A DNA stretch of 26,901 nucleotides from Candidatus Heimdallarchaeota archaeon (GCA_021399395.1 JAAFKJ010000117.1:1-26901); one strand, 5' to 3'; shown: positions 1 to 8,925, counted from the first letter of the stretch. The notes: generated from the sequence alone by a model not told the origin. Numbers and translations are program-made.

Positions 1-112
1 ATTAAATGCTGATCTTAATGCAGCAGGGAACATAGGACGTAAAGTATTCCCGATGGATTTTACCTACGGGACAGTGGATGCCGTGAGTCATCCTACCTGT
101 TTGACTGTCTAG
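1..112 (+). mobile_element. tnpB: 3' end of an IS200/IS605-family TnpB (RNA-guided nuclease) gene, truncated by the window edge
   Basis: Frame 2 (2..112) translates LNADLNAAGNIGRKVFPMDFTYGTVDAVSHPTCLTV*. NADxNAAxNI is the RuvC-III motif that follows the TnpB zinc finger. Not in the ORF track. The element's right end and omegaRNA should lie around 60-140, but I cannot fix the boundary. Confidence 0.85.
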
Positions 113-214
113 GGTAACCGAAGCAGAGATGATAACAAGTGCAAAAAAGAAGTTCAGAAATGACCTGAAATTTAACTCATAAAGCTTTATTAAGTTGAGT
201 AATTTGTCTAGATT

Positions 215-814
215 GTGATTAGCGTAGTTATAGCAACCAAGAATTTTAGGTTTTTGTATAAACTTAATGAAATGCTATCTGATATAAAAGAAATTAAAAC
301 TAATCACATCTTACCTAATCAAGCAATTCCTTCTAACGTAGATATTATAATAACAACAGAAATTGAAAAGAAAAATCTGGATTTTGAAAAGATATTTGTC
401 CCTAAAGCTTTCAATCGTTATTACTTATTTTCAAATATTTTTTTGCTTGCGAAAAATAAAAATTATTTTAATGAAATAGTTGTTGGAATAGATCCTGGAA
501 AAACAACTGGTTTGGCAGTATTAGCTGAGAAAGAGATTATTCTAGGTTATGGAGAATTCTATACAGCTGTAGATGCAGTTAAAGAAGTAATTACTGTTTT
601 CTTTAATATTGAAACATCTGAATTAATTATCAAAGTTGGAGCAGGAGGGGGTCAAATTAAAGATGAAATTGTTAGAAGATTAAATGAGATTTTTCATGAT
701 AAAGTACCTATAGAAGTTGTAAATGAAGATTTTACATCACGAAAGAAAATAAATCGTTTCGGTAAAAATTTCTCAAAAAATGTACAATCTTCAATTTTAA
801 TTGCATTACGATAA
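215..814 (+). CDS. RNase H-fold protein (YqgF/RuvX- or DUF460-like C-terminal domain)
   Basis: VVGIDPGKTTGLAVL beta-strand acidic motif, IKVGxG, and VNEDFTS resembling the YqgF 'DERxTS' motif. GTG start. Confidence 0.6.
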   Translation: MISVVIATKNFRFLYKLNEMLSDIKEIKTNHILPNQAIPSNVDIIITTEIEKKNLDFEKIFVPKAFNRYYLFSNIFLLAKNKNYFNEIVVGIDPGKTTGLAVLAEKEIILGYGEFYTAVDAVKEVITVFFNIETSELIIKVGAGGGQIKDEIVRRLNEIFHDKVPIEVVNEDFTSRKKINRFGKNFSKNVQSSILIALR

Positions 815-973
815 AACTAGTTCTTACGATTGTCTGAGATTCTAAAAATCTATAGTTTTTCTAGTAAGACTCACATTTTGCATTACCCAAATATCTAAAA
901 GTATTTAAAACTCTGTCTAAATAAGATTATTGTTCGAAATCTAAAGTAGAAACGTTAAAGGGTAGAAATAGCG

Positions 974-1855
974 ATGGATGGCACTGTTATGCAAGACAAG
1001 ACTATTGATGAGATGATTGCTGAAATTCAAGCTCAATATAATATAGTTGGAAGAACAGAAGAACTTCGAAAATGTTTGGCTGCTAAATTAGCTACTAGGC
1101 ACATTTTAATGGAAGGAGATGTGGGTGTTGGAAAAACAACTCTTGCACACGCTTTAGCATCTTATTTCTCTCAAGAAATAGAGCGTGTTGATGGAGATGA
1201 AAGATACAGTTCATCAAAATTGGTTGGACATTTTGATCCTCCAATGGTTATAGAAATGGGATACTCTTGGGATTCCTTTGTTACTGGTCCTTTGACAAAA
1301 GCCATGCAGAATGGAGCAATTTTATTTCTGAATGAATTAAACAGAATGCCTGAAGGGACTCAAAATGTTTTATTAGCTGCAATGGATGAGGGTATAATAA
1401 TGATTCCAAAACTTGGAGCTATAAAAGCAAAAGAAGGATTTTTCATAATAAGTGCAATGAATCCAGCTGAACTTGTTGCAACAACACCTTTGAGTGAGGC
1501 TTTAAGAGACCGATTTGTTTGGGTAAGGTTGCAGTATCAACCCGAAGAAGAAGAGAAAAACATTGTAAGTGTTCGTACTGGTATTAAAGACGATAAGATA
1601 GTTACAATAGCTGTTAAGATAGTTAGACAAACAAGAGACTGGCCTGATTTGAGAAGAGGGGCTTCAATAAGAGGGGCAATTGATTTAGCTGCTATAATAC
1701 GTTTTCTTGAAGTTAATGATATGGAATCATGGGTTGATGGTTCAATAATGGCATTAGCTACAAAAATAGAGTTAGAAGATGGTGTTGAAAGTCAGATTGA
1801 AGATGTAATTCGAAATATAGTTACAAGTACCTTCAAGGATTTGGATTTTTTATAG
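974..1855 (+). CDS. MoxR-family AAA+ ATPase (CoxD/GvpN-like)
   Basis: Walker A GDVGVGKT, variant Walker B LFLNELNR, sensor AMNP, ALRDRF arginine finger, lid motif GASIRGAI. A VWA gene lies directly downstream. Confidence 0.9.
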   Translation: MDGTVMQDKTIDEMIAEIQAQYNIVGRTEELRKCLAAKLATRHILMEGDVGVGKTTLAHALASYFSQEIERVDGDERYSSSKLVGHFDPPMVIEMGYSWDSFVTGPLTKAMQNGAILFLNELNRMPEGTQNVLLAAMDEGIIMIPKLGAIKAKEGFFIISAMNPAELVATTPLSEALRDRFVWVRLQYQPEEEEKNIVSVRTGIKDDKIVTIAVKIVRQTRDWPDLRRGASIRGAIDLAAIIRFLEVNDMESWVDGSIMALATKIELEDGVESQIEDVIRNIVTSTFKDLDFL

Positions 1856-1914
1856 AAGATGGGAGCGGCGACCATTTAGAAGATTTCCAGAAACCTTTTG
1901 TCTTTCGAGGCAAA

Positions 1915-2934
1915 ATGGATAAGGGCAGATTACTCGAGGCAGAAATAGTTGCTGGTAGGAGAAACCCTTCTGTTTATTCTAACCTATCAGAGGGTATGAG
2001 TTATTATGAAATCAAGAAACAAACAGAACTAGCAATAGATGTAGATAATATGCCAGCAATTCAAGGTATGGCTATATCAAACAAGTTTGCAGTAGCAGAA
2101 GCTCTCAATTCAAAGAAAGGCTATACCATGATAGCACGGAGAGCATCAAAAGGTGACAATAGTGCTCCTGAATTATTTTTTATGTTGCGTACAGCTCTAG
2201 ACGATAGAATGCGTCCTGTCTTTCGTAGATTAGCTAGACAAGTTATAATGACAACAGCTACAGGAATAACAAGTCAAGGGATTAGAGGGGAGGTCTATGA
2301 GCAAGCTGAATATGAAATCGGGCATGATGAATTTGATCTTGATGAGACCATGGAACGTTTTCTAGAGAATAGAAGTAGAATATTAAATACAGAAGATATT
2401 GTCAGTTTAGAAAGAAAGGAAAGAATGAAAACAGCTGTATTAATGTTTGACACATCAGGTTCCCTTTATGGAGAACGATTTACTACTGCTGCACTAACAG
2501 TTGCTGTAATGGCTCATAATCTTTCAAGGGATAACTTTAGTGTAATATTATTCAACACAAAAGCCTATGTAATAAAAAGAATGAAAGAAAAACTGAATTC
2601 AGATGAGCTAATTAATCGTATTCTAGAAAGTGAAAGTGCAGGTTATACTAATATTTCCGAAGGGTTAAGGTATGGTGGACTAGAGTTAGATAAAATCAAG
2701 AAGAGAAACAAATTTGGAGTTATTGTAACTGATGGTGCATTTAATCGAGGTGGTGACCCTCGACAACTTTTGAAGTACTTCCCTAAACTTCATGTTATTT
2801 CTCTCCCAAGTAAACATGATTGGGGAAGACGTGTTTGTAAAGATCTTGCTAGATTAGGAAGAGGAAAATATGCTGAAGTGTCAAGTCATAAACAAATACC
2901 AAGAATTCTTATGAAATTACTTAGAGAATTATAA
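1915..2934 (+). CDS. VWA (MIDAS) domain protein, CoxE/ChlD C-terminal-like partner of the MoxR ATPase
   Basis: DLDETME motif and MIDAS residues FDTSGS, GYTNIS, VTDG. The frame is open upstream to 1801 and overlaps the MoxR stop (see findings). Confidence 0.88.
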   Translation: MDKGRLLEAEIVAGRRNPSVYSNLSEGMSYYEIKKQTELAIDVDNMPAIQGMAISNKFAVAEALNSKKGYTMIARRASKGDNSAPELFFMLRTALDDRMRPVFRRLARQVIMTTATGITSQGIRGEVYEQAEYEIGHDEFDLDETMERFLENRSRILNTEDIVSLERKERMKTAVLMFDTSGSLYGERFTTAALTVAVMAHNLSRDNFSVILFNTKAYVIKRMKEKLNSDELINRILESESAGYTNISEGLRYGGLELDKIKKRNKFGVIVTDGAFNRGGDPRQLLKYFPKLHVISLPSKHDWGRRVCKDLARLGRGKYAEVSSHKQIPRILMKLLREL

Positions 2935-2947
2935 GCAGGTGTAAAAA

Positions 2948-4960
2948 ATCCAATCTAGTAAGAGGCGGAAGAAAAACATCCCCTATTTAGGACCAAATCT
3001 TCTATTCTATTGTCATGATTGTTCTCTTCCAATTATTGTATCTCATAAATGTCCCTCATGCAATAAAGATATAAAAAATGTTCAACTTACACCCCCTTTT
3101 GATGTTAGACCTGCAACACAAGAAGAGGTCTTGGAAATAAAGGATTTAATAGAATCCAACTTTGGTGAAAATACAAAAATAATACATAAAGATGACATTG
3201 TTCTGCTTAATCACGTTGGGTCAGAGGACCAGATGGAGGAAATTATTTTCTACGGCAATAGCATTGGTACAAGAAGATATGATCTGAAATCCAGCAAATG
3301 GCAAATTAAGCTCAATGCAAATGGACTATCTCTTCTCAACACTAAGATAACTAAACGATGGGTTAAGGTTGACGGAATTGCAGAAGAGAAGATATCACAA
3401 GGAGCAAATGTTCTTATCCCCGGAGTAATTGATGCTGATCCTGAAATTGTTTATGGTGATTACATTGCTATTGTTGATAACGAATTCAATGTCATAGCAG
3501 GTGGCATTGCTAGAATAGATGAAAAGGACAGACATAATCATGTCAAAGGAGTTTATGCAAAGAATTATCTTTCTGTAAATAAAGAATACAAGCCTAAAAA
3601 AAATGATTTCACATGGAAGGATGTAATTAAATTAAACAAAGAAGAGTTAGAGAAACTAGAAAATACAGCTATTGAATTCATAAATAAAATCAAAAATGAT
3701 TTAGGATTACCTGTAATGATTTCATATAGCGGTGGAAAGGATAGTCTAGTCACTTATGCTTTAGTTAACAAGGCCTTACCAGACACTGATTATAAGGTAC
3801 TATTTGTAGATACGGGGATTGAGTTTCCTGAAACAGTCAAGTATGTAAAAGAAAGCAGTAAGATACTTGGTTTTCAAGACAAATTAATTATCGAAAAAGT
3901 TCCACCTGAAGTTTTTTGGAAAGCATTTGAAATGTTTGGTCCTCCAGGAAGAGATTTCAGACATTGCTGTAAATTTGCAAAATTAGCTCCAATTAAGAGA
4001 GCAATTGATAGATTGTACCAGGGTGAGCATTGTATTAGTTTTGTTGGACAACGAAGATATGAATCCTTTCAAAGAACTGGATCAGATGTTTGGCAAAACA
4101 GCTATATCTCCAATCAGATTAATGCTTCTCCCATACAGAATTGGAATTCTCTAATGATTTGGATGTATATTATGTGGAAAGATTTACCCTATAATCCACT
4201 TTATGATACAGGTTATGAAAGAATTGGCTGTTGGGCATGCCCATCATCAGATATGGCACAATTAAGTATTCTTAAAAAAAATCATACCGATTTATATGAA
4301 AAACTCTATGCAGCTGTAGATAAATGGAAAGAAGAAAAAGGGTTATCGGAGGATTATTGGAGATATGGACTCTGGCGGTTTAAGAATATACCTAGGAAAA
4401 TTATTAGTGCTTTATCTCTTAATCAAAGTGATATCAAACCCATTTCACCTAAAAATGAATTGATCGCCCTTCAGATAGAAGCAAGTGATTGTATCACAAT
4501 GCCACTTAGTATTATCGGAAATTTTTCGAATAGAATTGATCTACAAAAGATTTCTAGTTCCTTAATCATGGTAGGAAGAGTTCAATTAAATCAAAAATTA
4601 AATTTTCTTAGAGTTTTCAACAAAAGGTATTCTACTATTATTTATTCCGATGGTACGTTTAAAATCAATTTCCGTAAACAGAAAAATCTTACAGAGTTAG
4701 ACGTTCGTAAAGCAATAGAGAACTTCGTATATACAGTTTTAAGAGCATTAGAGTGCATCAATTGTGAGTTATGTGTTGGAAAATGTGAGGTTGGAGCAAT
4801 AACAATTCAAGATAGTATTATCTATGTTGATAAAAAGAAATGTATCAAATGTAATCAATGTTCAGAGATTTGTCCAATTGTGACGATAGTGCATAGAGAA
4901 CTGAAAGACAAAATCAAAAACACTGTGAAAGATAGTGAATTACGACAGTTTCTAACTTAA
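2948..4960 (+). CDS. Zn-ribbon + PUA + PAPS/APS-reductase-family (PP-loop) + 4Fe-4S dicluster protein
   Basis: PP-loop SYSGGKDS, DTGIEFPET, RHCCK and RIGCWACP cluster ligands, PUA GANVLIPGVIDAD, and C-terminal CINCELCVGKC/CIKCNQCSEIC. The frame extends upstream of the tracked 3131 start as YLGPNLLFYCHDC..CPSC..LTPPFDVRPA, so I place the start at ATC 2948 (start uncertain). Confidence 0.85.
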   Translation: MQSSKRRKKNIPYLGPNLLFYCHDCSLPIIVSHKCPSCNKDIKNVQLTPPFDVRPATQEEVLEIKDLIESNFGENTKIIHKDDIVLLNHVGSEDQMEEIIFYGNSIGTRRYDLKSSKWQIKLNANGLSLLNTKITKRWVKVDGIAEEKISQGANVLIPGVIDADPEIVYGDYIAIVDNEFNVIAGGIARIDEKDRHNHVKGVYAKNYLSVNKEYKPKKNDFTWKDVIKLNKEELEKLENTAIEFINKIKNDLGLPVMISYSGGKDSLVTYALVNKALPDTDYKVLFVDTGIEFPETVKYVKESSKILGFQDKLIIEKVPPEVFWKAFEMFGPPGRDFRHCCKFAKLAPIKRAIDRLYQGEHCISFVGQRRYESFQRTGSDVWQNSYISNQINASPIQNWNSLMIWMYIMWKDLPYNPLYDTGYERIGCWACPSSDMAQLSILKKNHTDLYEKLYAAVDKWKEEKGLSEDYWRYGLWRFKNIPRKIISALSLNQSDIKPISPKNELIALQIEASDCITMPLSIIGNFSNRIDLQKISSSLIMVGRVQLNQKLNFLRVFNKRYSTIIYSDGTFKINFRKQKNLTELDVRKAIENFVYTVLRALECINCELCVGKCEVGAITIQDSIIYVDKKKCIKCNQCSEICPIVTIVHRELKDKIKNTVKDSELRQFLT

Positions 4961-5022
4961 TACCATCTATATCTTTAATCATAACATTTTTTTATACAAA
5001 CTTTGAGCTTGCTTTGATAATT

Positions 5023-5442
5023 ATGCCAGCAAACCCAAATCGTGAATTTCTGCTTGAATTAAGCGGACTTGTAAACAAAAGAGTAAAACTCTCTATGAAT
5101 AATGACAGAATATACACTGGTGTATTACGTGGAATACAAGATAATTCTCTTAATGTAGTTTTAGCTGATGCTACCTGTGACAAGGATTACTATTACAGAG
5201 TTTTCATTACAGGAAGAAATATTATGGAAATAACTCTAGCTGATGAACCCTTTGACTTACAAGGTTTGGCAAGTGAACTATCTCAAATGTTTCAACCTCA
5301 GAATGTTAAGGTTATTGAAGAAGCAGCAATAATCCAGGTTTTTGACAGATTCACCGTAAGCGAAGAAGGAGTCAAAGGTTCTGGACCAATCTCTGAAAGA
5401 ATTCAGAAAATTTACGACAAATACAAAGCTGAGAACGACTAA
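5023..5442 (+). CDS. Sm-like archaeal protein, SmAP3 type (Sm domain plus C-terminal Lsm_C domain)
   Basis: Sm1 motif YTGVLRGI..LNVVLADA, Sm2-like VFITGRNIMEI, and a C-terminal extension of about 60 aa (V.EEGVKGSGP). ATG 5023 preferred over TTG 5014. Confidence 0.82.
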   Translation: MPANPNREFLLELSGLVNKRVKLSMNNDRIYTGVLRGIQDNSLNVVLADATCDKDYYYRVFITGRNIMEITLADEPFDLQGLASELSQMFQPQNVKVIEEAAIIQVFDRFTVSEEGVKGSGPISERIQKIYDKYKAEND

Positions 5443-5497
5443 TAATTACATTTAAGATATCTTCTTTTATTTTTTTAACAATAGTAGGTTTAGAAAG

Positions 5498-7072
5498 ATG
5501 GACGAAATAGTAGCTTCAGATTTACACGGAAGAATAGGTAAAATATCATTACCAAAAGGCGAAGTAGTGACACCTACACTTTTACCAGTGATAGATCCGA
5601 AAGAAAACATTATTCCCCCTCAAGATATGATCGATAAATTTGGTTTTAACTTTGTCATTACTAGTGCATATTTATATTTCAAACGATTTGGGATGCCTTC
5701 TAGTTCTGATGATATTCATAAAATTCTTGATTTTAAAGGAAATATAATGATGGATAGTGGAGCTTACCAAGTTCTCGTTTATGGTGACGTTGAGATAGAT
5801 CCTATTCAGTCCCTTACTATTCAAACTAACTTGAAGACTGATGTAGGAGTTATTCTAGATGTACCAACACCCCCAACTGATACTTACACTCAAGCTAAAG
5901 AGAAGGTTGAAGAAACTATTCGACGGGTTGGAATATCTCTACCTTATGTAGACAGCCATCCTGAAACTATTTGGACACTACCCATACAAGGAGGAAAAAA
6001 CATACATCTGTTAGAAAAATATATTCAAACTATAAAGCAGAAAAAATATCTCAATAGTTTCAATTTTCACGCTCTTGGTAGTGTAGCACCGATAATGTCA
6101 CAATATGATTTTATAAGTTTGTTTTCTATGATTAAGACATCAAGAGAATTACTTCCACACAATATTCCTTTTCATCTATTTGGTGCTGGGCATCCAATGA
6201 TTTTTCCATTTGTTGTAGCGCTTGGTTGTGATACTTTTGACAGTGCAGCATACATACTCTATGCAAAGGAGAACCGCTATATGACCACTTCAGGAACCTA
6301 TCACCTTTCAGACTTAGCAGAGCTGCCTTGCTCTTGTGAGATTTGCTCAAAATGGTCACCTAAAGAACTACTTGAATTAGATGATAAGTCCAGAATTAGG
6401 AATGTTGCTTTGCACAATTTGTATGTATCTCAAGCAGAAATAAAGAATATCAAAGTAAGCATAAACGATGGAAATCTGTGGGAATTATTAGAAAGAAGAT
6501 CTAAATCACACCCAGCTCTCTATAGGGCTTTTAAATTCATAATTGATGAATTTAAAGGAGATTTTCTTGAATATGCTACTCCAGTCACAAAACAAATTGG
6601 TTTGAAAATCTATGATGAAGATTCATTCTATAGACCGGAATATACCAGAGCTAGAGCTCGACTATATAGATCTTTTAAACCCGATAGCTCAAAACTAGTT
6701 ATCATTGTTTCATCTGGAAGAAAAAACCCAACAGAGTTTTTGTATTCTAGACCAGATATAAAGAAGAATATCACCAATTTATCAAACAAATATGATTTCG
6801 CTTTTCTTGTTCCCTTCATTGGCCTTCTACCTGTAGAGTTAGTGGAAACTTTTCCATTCAGCCAGTATGTTTTCTCCGCAGTAATTTCAGAAGAAATGCT
6901 AAGTAATCTTTGGTTTGAGGTTGGTACCTTCATTGCTAAAATGAAATATGAAGAAAATATACTTTGCTCTGTTGGGAAAGAAGAAGAGACTAAAGATATG
7001 CTTCACTTTATCCAATCAAAATTCAAAGAAGGTAAAATTCCACTTAAACTAAAATCAATATCAGAACTTTAG
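5498..7072 (+). CDS. tgtA: tRNA-guanine(15) transglycosylase (archaeosine synthesis), lacking the C-terminal PUA domain
   Basis: GRIGK..TPTLLPVIDP, MMDSGAYQ, HLFGAGHP, GCDTFDSAAY, Zn site CSCEIC..HNL, LWELLERRSKSHP. Confidence 0.95.
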   Translation: MDEIVASDLHGRIGKISLPKGEVVTPTLLPVIDPKENIIPPQDMIDKFGFNFVITSAYLYFKRFGMPSSSDDIHKILDFKGNIMMDSGAYQVLVYGDVEIDPIQSLTIQTNLKTDVGVILDVPTPPTDTYTQAKEKVEETIRRVGISLPYVDSHPETIWTLPIQGGKNIHLLEKYIQTIKQKKYLNSFNFHALGSVAPIMSQYDFISLFSMIKTSRELLPHNIPFHLFGAGHPMIFPFVVALGCDTFDSAAYILYAKENRYMTTSGTYHLSDLAELPCSCEICSKWSPKELLELDDKSRIRNVALHNLYVSQAEIKNIKVSINDGNLWELLERRSKSHPALYRAFKFIIDEFKGDFLEYATPVTKQIGLKIYDEDSFYRPEYTRARARLYRSFKPDSSKLVIIVSSGRKNPTEFLYSRPDIKKNITNLSNKYDFAFLVPFIGLLPVELVETFPFSQYVFSAVISEEMLSNLWFEVGTFIAKMKYEENILCSVGKEEETKDMLHFIQSKFKEGKIPLKLKSISEL

Positions 7073-7100
7073 GTTTAGTGACTCTTTAGGTTTAGTGACT
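7067..7100. repeat. Perfect 17-bp tandem duplication CTTTAGGTTTAGTGACT x2, spanning the tgtA stop codon
   Basis: Identical copies read directly at 7067-7083 and 7084-7100. Confidence 0.95.
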
Positions 7101-7114
7101 TTTTATAGTATATT

Positions 7115-8074
7115 TTGGATAAGCATATGATGAATGCTGAGAAGAAAAAGATCAACGAGGACCCTCCTCAGCCAGGAAAGACCATAGTCTTTCTAGAAGG
7201 AGAGATATTGTCAGTTAAACTCAATCAGTGGGGATTCGTTGGAAAATTAAAAACCAAATATGGAGATTATAGCTACAAATTAAAGGATTCAATTTCAACA
7301 TCCAATGATATAATGGTGGGATTAAAACTAGTTATTACGAATGGATACTGTTATGAGAACAAAAGGAAAGAAATTGTGGTCTCTGACGGCAAATTTGGTA
7401 AAATCAATACTGAAATTGAAACCAATTTTATCATGAGATTGAATCATGAGAATAAGTTGTTAATTGGAAAATTAACAAGTATAACACAGAAAGACAATTC
7501 ATACAAGGTGTTATTAGAAATCCCATTTCCTCCTTTTAGTGAGTATGAAATTACTATAGATATTCAAAAACTTAATCAACTCACTAATATAAACGAAAAA
7601 CTCGGATTTTTTGCAAATAAGCTAATAATAATAGAAGGGGAAGGAAACTTAGATGATTTACTAATTTCGAGATTGGAATTACTGAACGAAAATCATTACA
7701 TATTGAAATTGATTGAATTAAATCAAGGAAGATTACAAAATATATCAAATTTCAGCAAGATTATTCTTAACCAAATAAACTATATTGAAAACTTTCATGC
7801 TGCTTTCAAAGATATTCTCTTCAATATGAGAGGAAAGGTATCGAAAAACCTTCTAGATGATCTAAAAGAGTTGCTTCTATCTAAGATATTGGATGGCGGA
7901 GTAAAGTATCCGTACAATATACTTATTTCAAAACAAGATATAGAACATTATTTCGATATTATGGTTAAATTCTCTAGAGATATTATCTATGGAAACTCAA
8001 ACATTACTAGTCCTGAGGAATTAGTAACTTACTTAAGATACTATTATCCCTCTTTTGAAATTGAAAAATCCTAA
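7115..8074 (+). CDS. Hypothetical protein with a probable N-terminal OB-fold (SSB/RPA-like)
   Basis: 319-aa ORF. The segment IMVGLKLVITNGYCYE..EIVVSDGKFGKI resembles archaeal SSB OB-fold strands. The real start may be ATG 7127. Confidence 0.5.
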   Translation: MDKHMMNAEKKKINEDPPQPGKTIVFLEGEILSVKLNQWGFVGKLKTKYGDYSYKLKDSISTSNDIMVGLKLVITNGYCYENKRKEIVVSDGKFGKINTEIETNFIMRLNHENKLLIGKLTSITQKDNSYKVLLEIPFPPFSEYEITIDIQKLNQLTNINEKLGFFANKLIIIEGEGNLDDLLISRLELLNENHYILKLIELNQGRLQNISNFSKIILNQINYIENFHAAFKDILFNMRGKVSKNLLDDLKELLLSKILDGGVKYPYNILISKQDIEHYFDIMVKFSRDIIYGNSNITSPEELVTYLRYYYPSFEIEKS

Positions 8075-8093
8075 AAATAAATTTATGAAATTA

Positions 8094-8408
8094 TTATTTT
8101 CTTTCAATGGCTATCTCGATATGAACATCTTCAGGAACATGAATTCTCATTAAAAGACGCATGCTTTTTTCTTCTGCATCCATATCAATTATTCTTTTAT
8201 GGAGCTTCATTTCAAGATGATCATAAGTAGCTGTACCATTTCCACATGGAGACTTTCTAACTGGAAGTACAATTCTTTTAGAAGGTAGTGGGATTGGTCC
8301 TCTAATACGCACTCCTGTTCTTTCTGCAATCTTTTGGATTTGATTACAAATTCTTTGTAAGGAATGTGGGTCATTACCGATTAGTTTTATTCTAGCTCTC
8401 TGAGCCAT
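8094..8408 (-). CDS. rpsJ: 30S ribosomal protein uS10
   Basis: ARIKL, GPIPLP, RKSPCGNGTATYDHLEMKLHKRIID. Shine-Dalgarno AGGTG lies 5 nt upstream of the ATG. Confidence 0.98.
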   Translation of the reverse strand: MAQRARIKLIGNDPHSLQRICNQIQKIAERTGVRIRGPIPLPSKRIVLPVRKSPCGNGTATYDHLEMKLHKRIIDMDAEEKSMRLLMRIHVPEDVHIEIAIERK

Positions 8409-8511
8409 TGTTTCACCTTTTGTAAAGAAGTTTTGAGGGTTTTAAGAAGATTTCGTTTAAGTAAGAAAATAAATGAGAAAAGACTGAGTGCAAAAATACG
8501 CTTTATATAGC

Positions 8512-8925
8512 CTAAACAGAATTTGATTGACGTTCTTCAAGTCGTTTAATTCTTTCTTCTAAAGATTCCATTCTTTTGACAATTTGAATTAACGTTTCCT
8601 CAACTGCAGACATAGTGGTTTGTGTGCTATGTTGTGTTGAAACAGCAGCTGTAGCCGATACTTCCTTGAACAAGATATTAGCTTGTTCGGTAATCTCTTT
8701 TGTTATTTGATCAAGCATGAAATCATTCAAGTAAAGATTTACTTCTGATACTACAGTTTTAATATTTTCGTGAATTCCTCTCTCACTCAAATCTTTAACA
8801 CCTACATCAGCCTCAATTATATTATCTAGCTTTATTTGAAGCATCCATTGCCCTTTTACATTCATCAAAGCTATAGAGTATCTTGTTCCTGGAATTTTTG
8901 TTTCATACATATCATCATACCTCAT
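8512..8925 (-). CDS. Hypothetical protein with a C-terminal coiled coil
   Basis: 137-aa ORF with heptad-like tail IVKRMESLEERIKRLEE. Co-oriented and upstream of rpsJ. Confidence 0.7.
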   Translation of the reverse strand: MRYDDMYETKIPGTRYSIALMNVKGQWMLQIKLDNIIEADVGVKDLSERGIHENIKTVVSEVNLYLNDFMLDQITKEITEQANILFKEVSATAAVSTQHSTQTTMSAVEETLIQIVKRMESLEERIKRLEERQSNSV

